In this document: positions 30,234 through 38,145 of the stretch, one piece after another
Layout of the letters: each line of letters begins with the position of its first letter
Position numbering within the stretch: the stretch's first letter is position 1
Assembly (NCBI GenBank): GCA_050281725.1
Contig: JBMAAL010000017.1
Coordinates: 166 to 64,165 of the forward strand
Origin: Sphingobacterium sp.
GTDB taxonomy: Bacteria; Bacteroidota; Bacteroidia; Sphingobacteriales; Sphingobacteriaceae
DNA: 64,000 nt
Reading direction: 5' to 3'
The notes under the pieces: model-generated
What the model was told of the DNA's origin: nothing
The model's input: only the letters and a program-made list of their open reading frames with translations
Databases searched by the model: none
Position numbers and translations under genes: made by a program

Positions 30234-30944
30234 ATGAAAAATTGTACCCTACTATTCTTCCTATTTTTTGGAATTTATTTTTCTAAAATCCAGGCACAGC
30301 AACTTCACGACGGAGCCTATCTATACCAGGATGGCATCAATAAACACTTAATGCTCGTTAAAGATCATTATGTCTCGTTTATAAGTTACGATGATGTCAG
30401 AAAACGTTTTCAGCATACCTGGGGTGGGGCACTTGATAAGCAGCCTAATCTGATTAATATCGCCATCGAGTATAATTCACAGGATTCGTCTGCCATTAGC
30501 AAAACAATCCAATTGCCGTATCGGAGTGAAGCAGACTCCCTTCGCCTAAAAATAGCCAATAGCTACCATCTCTATATTAAGCAGAAAAAAGTGCCGCAGC
30601 GCCTCGACGCACTTTGGCGCATCACCGGTCGCCAACAAGGAGGAAAAATGCAGGATATTCCCAAAGCAGATCGTAAAACAATCAAAATATTGGTTGATGG
30701 CTATTTTCAATGGATAGCGATTAATCCTGCTCAAAAAGGTTTCTATGGTACTGGCGGAGGCAATTATCAATACGATAACAATCGGTATACTGAAAAAATA
30801 CAGTTCTTTTCGAGAGACAATAATCGAGTTGGGCAAGAACTAGCCTTTGATGGTGAAATTGTAGATGGCAAATGGCAGCATAAAGGAAAAAGCTCGAAAG
30901 GAGACGATATTTATGAAATTTGGAGCAAAGAAATAACAGAATAA
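30234..30944 (+). CDS. hypothetical secreted protein
   Basis: The start at 30234 gives the signal peptide MKNCTLLFFLFFGIYFSKIQA. No motif recognised. Confidence 0.55.
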   Translation: MKNCTLLFFLFFGIYFSKIQAQQLHDGAYLYQDGINKHLMLVKDHYVSFISYDDVRKRFQHTWGGALDKQPNLINIAIEYNSQDSSAISKTIQLPYRSEADSLRLKIANSYHLYIKQKKVPQRLDALWRITGRQQGGKMQDIPKADRKTIKILVDGYFQWIAINPAQKGFYGTGGGNYQYDNNRYTEKIQFFSRDNNRVGQELAFDGEIVDGKWQHKGKSSKGDDIYEIWSKEITE

Positions 30945-30950
30945 AAAAAT

Positions 30951-31229
30951 ATGACAATAGAAGAATTTCAATCACTTGAAAGTCCACTTCGGCATTGGAC
31001 AGCGGTACAAAAGTCACTTTGGTATGATCTGAAAGGAAATTGGAAAACCGCGCATGACCTCATCGACCAATTGGGCGGAACCGACGCAGCACATGTTCAT
31101 GCTTATTTACACCGCAAAGAAGGTGATCAATGGAATGCAGAATATTGGTATCGCCGCGCCAAACAAAATGTATACAAAGGTAATCTGGATGATGAGTGGA
31201 AAGACCTCTTCAAATGTTACGTTCTGTGA
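30951..31229 (+). CDS. small conserved hypothetical protein
   Basis: 92 aa, starting 6 nt after the previous stop. The HVHAYLHRKEGDQWNAEYWYRRA segment looks like a widespread small-protein family that I cannot name. Confidence 0.55.
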   Translation: MTIEEFQSLESPLRHWTAVQKSLWYDLKGNWKTAHDLIDQLGGTDAAHVHAYLHRKEGDQWNAEYWYRRAKQNVYKGNLDDEWKDLFKCYVL

Positions 31230-31543
31230 TTAAAATTTCCCTATTTTCGGACAGGAGCTGTTCTCTTTTATATACAAATGAGGACAGTTTGACTAATAAA
31301 ATAGTCGAAATTTTACAGAAAATTAACTCAATCCTTCTTTAAGCTGCGCAATAGCCTTAAAAAATAAAAATATTACCAAATAAGATATAACATCAACCAG
31401 ATCAAGAGATATTACGTAACAAAAATAACACAAAGAAAAATAGTATAAAACTAACAAATAGAATGGCACAGATATTGAACATAGTGTACTATACTTGAGA
31501 AAGTATACTTTTCATAAATTTAGGTTAATAATTGGTTAGGTTA

Positions 31544-31580
31544 AACACTTGAAGTTCCCCACTTCAAGTGTTTTTTTTTA
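31544..31580 (+). terminator. strong orphan intrinsic terminator (no upstream CDS within 300 nt)
   Basis: Perfect 12-bp stem AACACTTGAAGT/ACTTCAAGTGTT, loop TCCCC, with a 9-T tract. Confidence 0.8.
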
Positions 31581-31716
31581 AATCAATGCTTACAATCTTA
31601 AACTCACGAACCGTTTCTCCTTTTTATGGGTCGTACCGCGTCACTCCTTCCATTTTTTTTCATTAATTTCTGTCGGAACAAGTTAGTGTCAAAGAGTGAC
31701 CAAATTCGTAGTTTTC

Positions 31717-31791
31717 ACAGTGCTTATTCAGTGCTTATTCAGTGCTTGTTCAGTGCTTGTTCAGTGATCACTCAGTGTAGACTGAATAAGC
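31717..31791. repeat. 11-bp tandem array (6 units) closed by an inverted core copy
   Basis: CAGTGCTTATT x2, CAGTGCTTGTT x2, CAGTGATCACT, CAGTGTAGACT, then GAATAAGCA (reverse complement of TGCTTATTC). Confidence 0.9.
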
Positions 31792-31889
31792 AATGATTAA
31801 TTACTGTATAAATACTGATTGAATAATGGGATTAGGTATAAGGTGGTATTTGTATGTATCAAGATTAATGGTTATATTAACTATTTGTA

Positions 31890-32190
31890 ATCAAGCAATT
31901 GCGACGACCATCAAAAATAGTTTCAGACCAAAATTTTCACTGAACGGTACGACGACGACGAACAATATACAGCATAACTTGCTTAAGACCGTTTCCACTT
32001 CCTGACCTTACGGAAATACAATTGACAGCGGGAGAAATTTCAAGTCTCGTTGGCGAATATAAAAGTGAACAGCCTCCCATCCAGAAAAATTACTAGGCAC
32101 TATCTGACATTTTTCATTAGGTAGTTATAAAGTTATATCGACATCCTCCATGCGGACCGATACCCTCGTCATCACGCAGTATCGCTAAAA
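31890..32190 (-). pseudogene. possible decayed IS5-family-like transposase remnant
   Basis: Minus-strand frames broken by stops and shifts read ..EDVDITL*LPNEKCQIVPSNFSGWEAVHFYIRQ.. then ..RSGSGNGLKQVMLYIVRRRR.. This resembles the DUF4096 N-terminal pattern (C-Q..LP..F..W..V..Y.). Judged from memory only. Confidence 0.3.
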
Positions 32191-32220
32191 GAGCAGTGCT
32201 TGAACTAAACCGCTGCTCTT
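32187..32220 (-). terminator. possible terminator after the GH16 gene
   Basis: AAAGAGCAG/CTGCTCTTT 9-bp stem with a 16-nt loop and a short U tract on the minus strand. Confidence 0.4.
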
Positions 32221-32234
32221 TCAATTAAGGTGTT

Positions 32235-33506
32235 TTACAGTTTTTCCAAATAGAAATCATCACCATACACCGTGCCGCTCAGGGGTTTATAGAAATAGAC
32301 CGTAGCCGTAGTATTATTGGCTCCAGTTGTAAAAGTAACCGAATTATTGGAATAGCTGGTCGTACCAATAGTCGCATTAACTGCAGTTCCGCCAAAGTTT
32401 TTGACGCCGATACTAACAGACTGACCAGCTGCAGACACTTTGGCGTAGCCACCGAACCGATAGGTCGTATTTGGCGTTAAACCGGTCAGGTATTGTTCAA
32501 TGGATGTCTCTCCGCCCGTTTCGCGGATGCATCTGCTTCCTGTCCGGGCGTCGGTGGAAACGACCGATGATCCACCACCCCATGTTGTCCATGGATAGAT
32601 GGTACCACTTTCGAAATCGCCATTGCTAAATAAAGGTAGCTTATACACACGTACATAATCCACCTGCATACTAAAGGGCAGGTCAGCATTTGTGATCGCT
32701 CCTGGCCATCCAGCTCCACCGGCCTGATTTAAAATCAGATAAAAAGGTACGTCAAATGGCCACTGTTGCGTTCCGCCACCAGAAACCCTTGCGTAGGTAT
32801 ACTGCAATACACTGTTGACGTAAAATCGAATGTCGTTCGGGCTCCAGATCATCGTATATAAGTTGTAATCTGTCGTATTATAAGTGGCCGCTTTTGAAGC
32901 GGTGCTTCCACCATTTGCATTGGTAACCGAGCTATTATGGATCGTATGGTACATCACACTTTCGTTGTTGACATGCTCCATAATATCAATTTCACCACAG
33001 GCTGGCCAGCCTCCATACGCCGTAGCCGGTTCCGGCATCATCCAGATAGCAGGCCAAGAACCTCTTCCCTGTGTAAATTTAGCCTTCACTTCAACTTTAC
33101 CATAAGTCATACTAAATTTTCCCATCGACTTAACTCCACCCGCATGATAGGCAACAGGATCTCCGGCTACAACAGCATTATCCATACGCAATACAAGATT
33201 GCTCCCGTCTTGGGATGCATAAGCCGGCAAGGAGGTCATATACTTATTCCATGCGACAGTGCCCCTGTCTGCATAAGACCATTTTGTGGAATCAAATCCC
33301 CCGTTACTATTAAACTCATCCGACCAGATCAATTCGTAATCTGTTGTCGCTACGGCAGTAGCATTGAATAGCTTAGTCGAGGCCTTCGCCTTACTTACTT
33401 CCGGAATCGGAGTTTTTGTTGTTGTTGTAGAGTCTTTTTTGCAGGCAAAAATAGACAGGCTAGTTGCGATTAGGCTCAGCACTAGCCAAAATTTGGTTTT
33501 TCTCAT
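32235..33506 (-). CDS. GH16 family glycoside hydrolase lipoprotein with C-terminal CBM-like module
   Basis: Lipobox SLSIFAC and the GH16 catalytic motif EIDIMEH. The C-terminal ~130 aa (FSNGDFESGTIYPWTTWGG...YRFGGYAKV...FYLEKL) looks like a beta-sandwich CBM. Confidence 0.85.
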   Translation of the reverse strand: MRKTKFWLVLSLIATSLSIFACKKDSTTTTKTPIPEVSKAKASTKLFNATAVATTDYELIWSDEFNSNGGFDSTKWSYADRGTVAWNKYMTSLPAYASQDGSNLVLRMDNAVVAGDPVAYHAGGVKSMGKFSMTYGKVEVKAKFTQGRGSWPAIWMMPEPATAYGGWPACGEIDIMEHVNNESVMYHTIHNSSVTNANGGSTASKAATYNTTDYNLYTMIWSPNDIRFYVNSVLQYTYARVSGGGTQQWPFDVPFYLILNQAGGAGWPGAITNADLPFSMQVDYVRVYKLPLFSNGDFESGTIYPWTTWGGGSSVVSTDARTGSRCIRETGGETSIEQYLTGLTPNTTYRFGGYAKVSAAGQSVSIGVKNFGGTAVNATIGTTSYSNNSVTFTTGANNTTATVYFYKPLSGTVYGDDFYLEKL

Positions 33507-33592
33507 TTAGTTTTGGATTATTGGTTTTATTTAAGTTTATAGCGTTATTTGACAGCCTGTGGAGCAAGCTGCATTAGAAACGAAGATTCATT

Positions 33593-33642
33593 TTTTCTTT
33601 CATTTCTTCCTGTTTTAACCAAAAGGAAGAAATGAAAGAAAA
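33593..33642. repeat. 18-bp perfect inverted repeat between the sialidase and GH16 genes
   Basis: TTTTCTTTCATTTCTTCC - 14 nt - GGAAGAAATGAAAGAAAA. No U tract follows on either strand. Confidence 0.9.
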
Positions 33643-33674
33643 TGTGTATTGTTTCGATAACACGATGTGCCTGA

Positions 33675-34832
33675 TTATTTAAAATTTACTGGCAAAAAGA
33701 CAATTTTACTGTAATTCTCTTTTTCAAATAGAACGCCGAGTTTATTTCTATTTAAAAGTACTAAATCTGAATAAGCAGCATAATCCCCTTTTATACCCTC
33801 GGGTGCTTTGGCAACGACCTGATTGAAATACCATGTTTTGCCCTGATCTTTACTTAAACGAACGGTTAGGTTGTCCCTTCTATGGGTTGATGCAGCATTA
33901 CAAACAGCCAATATATATTTCCCTTTCTTTTGCCAGGAAAGTACCGACCCCTGGTTGACTGGATCGGCCAGATTTTTATCATAATAGGTTGTATCCCAAC
34001 TGACACCACCATCACTGGAATAGGACACAATTCTCGATTTTACGTTACCTTGTTGATTACGGGAATTCATATACAGTCCTGTATGTGATATCTGCGCGGC
34101 CATGGTTTCATTTGATCCTTCAAATTTCACGCTCGCCCCTATCTTGAAGGTCTTCCCATGATCGTCCGAATAATACGAATGCGCAAAGTAGTCCTTGCCA
34201 TTTTCTTTCGGATTTCCTTCAGAATGGTTGGCAGGAATATAAATACGTCCTTTATACTGACCAGAATCAAATTGTAAAGCATGCCCGGGTGTATTCGCAT
34301 AGGTTCGCCAATCGTCCTTAAAGGTATATTGCGCATTTACTGACGGTTGATTGGGGCGATGTGTCTCGAGCGTAATATTCTGTGGCTTGGACCATGTTTT
34401 ACCGCCATCGGATGAACTAATTGACCAACATTCCCGCAAGCCATTCCCTTTGCGCACTTCTCCCTCATGATTATTCCCCGTATTGTAAAAAAGTAAGAGA
34501 CGCCCTTGAGGATATGCTGGATCCAATAGATCAACTACAGGTGCTGGATTTCCGACCTGTAAATTATCGTTGTCAACAGCGACTTGCAATGGCCCCCAGG
34601 TCTTTCCATTATCCTTACTGGTTTTATAAACAATATCCACATTACCAAAATCGCCGGCATGATCCACCCGTCCTTCGGCAAAAGCAATTAACTGTCCATT
34701 TTTATCCTTTACAATGGCAGGTATACGATAGCTTTTATAGCCTTCTTCGCCTGAAACAAACACATTCACTTCCTGTGCATGGCAGATACTGGCTAACATT
34801 GCAAATACCACCATTGTCCCTAATTTCTTCAT
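33675..34832 (-). CDS. nanH: exo-alpha-sialidase (GH33)
   Basis: YRIPA (RIP motif) plus five Asp boxes: SKDNGKTW, SSDGGKTW, SDDHGKTF, SSDGGVSW, SKDQGKTW. Signal peptide present. Confidence 0.92.
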   Translation of the reverse strand: MKKLGTMVVFAMLASICHAQEVNVFVSGEEGYKSYRIPAIVKDKNGQLIAFAEGRVDHAGDFGNVDIVYKTSKDNGKTWGPLQVAVDNDNLQVGNPAPVVDLLDPAYPQGRLLLFYNTGNNHEGEVRKGNGLRECWSISSSDGGKTWSKPQNITLETHRPNQPSVNAQYTFKDDWRTYANTPGHALQFDSGQYKGRIYIPANHSEGNPKENGKDYFAHSYYSDDHGKTFKIGASVKFEGSNETMAAQISHTGLYMNSRNQQGNVKSRIVSYSSDGGVSWDTTYYDKNLADPVNQGSVLSWQKKGKYILAVCNAASTHRRDNLTVRLSKDQGKTWYFNQVVAKAPEGIKGDYAAYSDLVLLNRNKLGVLFEKENYSKIVFLPVNFK

Positions 34833-34900
34833 ATCTATATAAGTTTATTGTTACTTTTCTTTAAAAATTTCATCTGCATTCTTGCATTTAGATATACGAT

Positions 34901-36889
34901 TTACTGCTCCCTTTCAATCGGGAGACAGGTAAACATCCATTTCAGTGGATTTTGCCAGTCTTTCCCTTGTAATTTCCCCACGGGCAGTTTGACTACAATG
35001 GTATTCCAGCCCTTGCGCAATTGAATCATCGTAGGACTTCGGTAACTGTATCCCTCATCAATTAAGGGGATTTCCAAGTCTCCTTTTTTGCCCGCCTGTT
35101 GCCAATCTGGCGGAAGCACTTCATGTCCATTGACCCAAAGTGTGCTCATTCGATCGTCCCAGGTCCCCAAATAGGGTGAATCACTGGCATACGAACGCGA
35201 GAGATCATTAAAACCGATCCAAAAACCTTGGTTGCCCCCTTTTTCACTCCACACTTTGCTCAGGGCATACACGGTACTATTTTCCAGGGGGCGATCAATC
35301 GCCCCTTTGACAACATCAGCCCACCAATGGCGCAATACAATGGTACCGCCGTAAAACTCGCCGATCTTTTTCAAAGCGTTAAAATCTCCTGTAGCTTCAT
35401 TTTTTAAGGCCATACCCAGATCGCCTTTATTTTCCACAGGCCCGTATAATATCCATTTTTGCCTACTTTGTTGGTGGTAAGGAAAGATAAGGCCATTAAA
35501 ATACAGTTGTTTATGTGCAAGTAAACGCTTTTCAAATTCGACAAAATCAGCCAATCCTTTCACATCCGTTTTGATATTACTACGCCATGTAAAGTCCCCT
35601 CCTCCGCGCCAGCTGCGCTCCGCAAATGTCAATAAAGCGGGGTAAACTCCATTTTGACGAAATAGATCGTTTTCATTCTTCACCGCGCGATCTGGCCATG
35701 AACATAGCGTCGCACCCATTAACTTTTCATTTTCTGAAGACTGCCCGCCCAACTGCCTATAGAACAAAGTCGTCACCGTTTCTAAAGGATCCATATGATT
35801 GATGTACAAGTGCTTTGAATCAATGACTTCAAAAGGCGAATCATTGGTAATAGCCTTTGGACCACCCATCCAAAGCTGCCGGATTGTGTTTGGCTGCAAA
35901 TTACCGCCGGGTTCCCAGCCAATAGTTTTTAGCCCCAAATCCTCCGTCCATGTTGTCATCATCGGTAAAAATTCTTTATTATGAATTTTCACCTCATCCC
36001 CCCCAATATGCAGATAAGGTAGTCCCGGATAAGTGGTTGCAAATTCCTTAATCAGTTCCTTGAGGATAGCTATGCCGCTATCGCTCTGCATGTCGGTTTT
36101 AAAATAACGGCGAAATGCTGCTGAATGTCCCGGCATATCAATTTCGGGTACAAGTTGGATATGCCGATCACGACAATAGCGAATCAGTTCTTGCATTTCC
36201 TCAACGGTATAATACTTTCCCTTCCAACGCTCCATATTCGTCGAGTCGGTCAAACCGGGATATTTTTTGCTGATCAGTCGCCAAGCAATATCCTCGGTGA
36301 AATGAAAGTGAAAAATATTCAGTTTATAGCGCGCCATGATATCGATCTGCTCCTTAAGCATATCCATTGACTGAAAATTTCGTCCGACGTCCACCAAGTA
36401 ACCGCGCCAGCGAAAGGAAGGATAATCGATAATGGAGCAATAGGACAACTTGCCATCACTGCCTCTGAGTTGACCCAGAGTATGTAAGGCATAAAAAACA
36501 CCGGTACTCGTTCTGGCTTCGATCTGTATTCCCCGTTTATCCACGTCGATCCGATAAGCCTCCAATGATGCCGAAGGTAGATCCAATTCCTGATCACAAA
36601 CGATGGTGATATTTTGATTCTTGAAGTTGTCGAAAATAACCTGAGTTACATTCCAATCTTTCAACAAAAGGCTTAACATCTGTCTATCTGTATTTGCAAC
36701 CTCCCCTTTGATATGCACATGGACAAGATCTGGCAAACAATAACGCCCTGTTTTCCAGCTCACAGCATGGGGCATAGGAAGCAAAGGAGGTTTGATTGGA
36801 TCCGGTAGACAGCGTAAAGGACTGATTAAAATAAGAATAACCAGCAGACCGGATAGCAATGAACATGTAATGGACTTTTGGTGCTCCAT
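34901..36889 (-). CDS. beta-N-acetylhexosaminidase (GH20)
   Basis: NIFHFHFTEDIAWR, PEIDMPGH and HIGGDEV catalytic region, with an extra C-terminal domain. Confidence 0.9.
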   Translation of the reverse strand: MEHQKSITCSLLSGLLVILILISPLRCLPDPIKPPLLPMPHAVSWKTGRYCLPDLVHVHIKGEVANTDRQMLSLLLKDWNVTQVIFDNFKNQNITIVCDQELDLPSASLEAYRIDVDKRGIQIEARTSTGVFYALHTLGQLRGSDGKLSYCSIIDYPSFRWRGYLVDVGRNFQSMDMLKEQIDIMARYKLNIFHFHFTEDIAWRLISKKYPGLTDSTNMERWKGKYYTVEEMQELIRYCRDRHIQLVPEIDMPGHSAAFRRYFKTDMQSDSGIAILKELIKEFATTYPGLPYLHIGGDEVKIHNKEFLPMMTTWTEDLGLKTIGWEPGGNLQPNTIRQLWMGGPKAITNDSPFEVIDSKHLYINHMDPLETVTTLFYRQLGGQSSENEKLMGATLCSWPDRAVKNENDLFRQNGVYPALLTFAERSWRGGGDFTWRSNIKTDVKGLADFVEFEKRLLAHKQLYFNGLIFPYHQQSRQKWILYGPVENKGDLGMALKNEATGDFNALKKIGEFYGGTIVLRHWWADVVKGAIDRPLENSTVYALSKVWSEKGGNQGFWIGFNDLSRSYASDSPYLGTWDDRMSTLWVNGHEVLPPDWQQAGKKGDLEIPLIDEGYSYRSPTMIQLRKGWNTIVVKLPVGKLQGKDWQNPLKWMFTCLPIEREQ

Positions 36890-36895
36890 AATCTT

Positions 36896-38113
36896 CTACT
36901 TAAGGGAATTAAATTCCTTTAAAATTTGCATACAATACCATTCTTGCCGAGGGAGATGGAAAGGACCTTTAAACAAATTACCTTTTGCGGTTTGGGCAAT
37001 CTTCCCATCACGATGGAGGTAACCATACCACTCACCATTGATTTTATCGTGAAAATGATCATAGGCATACTGATTGATCTGCTGATGCCAGCTTTTATAT
37101 TTCTCATTCCCAGTCATCAGGTAAGCGAGTAATGTTGCGATAATCGTTTCATTCTGAGGCCACCAAAATTTCATATCTTGCCAATATTCTTGTACTGGCT
37201 TTCCATAGACATCTCGAAAGTACAGGATACCACCATATTCTTTATCCCAGCCCCGTTCCCACATATAATCCAACATGCGACAGCCTAGGTCAATCAAATG
37301 CAGGTCGTTTCCTCGGGATCTAGCTTCATGCAAGATAAACCAAGCTCCTTCGATGGCATGTCCCGGATTGAGTGTACGACCGTCTATATGATCGATAATT
37401 TCACCTTCAGATCCCACTTGTTCCATCACGCAGCGGATATCATCCTTAACAAAATCACGTTCAATCTGTGCGATATAATCACTAATGATACGATCACAAC
37501 GCGGATCCCCAATGGTCTCACGAATCTGCTGTGCTGTATTGATCATAATCATCGGCACACCGATTCCTTTCATTGGTCTTGTTGCTTCATACTTTGGTTC
37601 GATCAATTTTTCTCCATTTGCATACGCGATGCAAATTCCCAACAGATTTCGTGCTTCATCTGCAATCGACTCATCTCCAGTAGCTTTTGCATAGGCTGCA
37701 AAGGCGATTGCCGCGAAAGTTTCCGAAAAGAAATAACGACGCATACGAATAGGCATGCCTAGACGATCAACATGAAAATACATTTTTCCATTAGCGTCAA
37801 AACAATGCTTTTTCAAAAATTCATAGCCGATACGGGCTCCTTCCAGCCATTCCTCTTTTTGCTCAACCGTGTTGTAAAGTGTAGCCAGCAACCAGCATGC
37901 CCTTCCCTGTATCCATACGGCTTTATCTGTATCTATCAAAGCCCCATCCTGATCGCGCATGAACAAATATCCGCCACATTCATGGTCAATGGATCGTGGA
38001 AACCAAAATGGTACAGTGTCTTTTAAAAGCTGATCACGATAAAATACTTCCAACTCCTTCAAATAATGCCTGTCTATTATTTCTGCGGTATCTTTTATAA
38101 TTATCTGTTTCAT
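36896..38113 (-). CDS. N-acylglucosamine 2-epimerase (AGE family; ManNAc to GlcNAc step)
   Basis: 405 aa, alpha/alpha-barrel-type sequence (VPFWFPRSIDHECGGYL, GHAIEGAWF). Sits within the sialic acid cluster. Confidence 0.82.
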   Translation of the reverse strand: MKQIIIKDTAEIIDRHYLKELEVFYRDQLLKDTVPFWFPRSIDHECGGYLFMRDQDGALIDTDKAVWIQGRACWLLATLYNTVEQKEEWLEGARIGYEFLKKHCFDANGKMYFHVDRLGMPIRMRRYFFSETFAAIAFAAYAKATGDESIADEARNLLGICIAYANGEKLIEPKYEATRPMKGIGVPMIMINTAQQIRETIGDPRCDRIISDYIAQIERDFVKDDIRCVMEQVGSEGEIIDHIDGRTLNPGHAIEGAWFILHEARSRGNDLHLIDLGCRMLDYMWERGWDKEYGGILYFRDVYGKPVQEYWQDMKFWWPQNETIIATLLAYLMTGNEKYKSWHQQINQYAYDHFHDKINGEWYGYLHRDGKIAQTAKGNLFKGPFHLPRQEWYCMQILKEFNSLK

Positions 38114-38145
38114 CTGTTCTACTATTTACATCAATTCATTTCTAT

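Noticed and set aside
31717-31791. The tandem repeat as a mini CRISPR array
   Set aside because: The units are only 11 bp and directly abutting, with no spacers, and there are no cas genes. It is a simple tandem array.
32937-33371. 144-aa ORF antisense to GH16 (and similarly 34421-34864 antisense to the sialidase)
   Set aside because: Both are nested opposite strongly supported CAZyme genes, and their translations lack any family signature.
33593-33642. The 18-bp hairpin as a standard rho-independent terminator of the sialidase gene
   Set aside because: No U tract follows the stem on either strand. It is reported as an unexplained inverted repeat instead.
37298-37762. 154-aa ORF antisense to the AGE epimerase gene
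   Set aside because: It is antisense to a well-supported 405-aa gene. The Cys/His/Ile-rich translation is typical of antisense reading, and it has no start context or motif.
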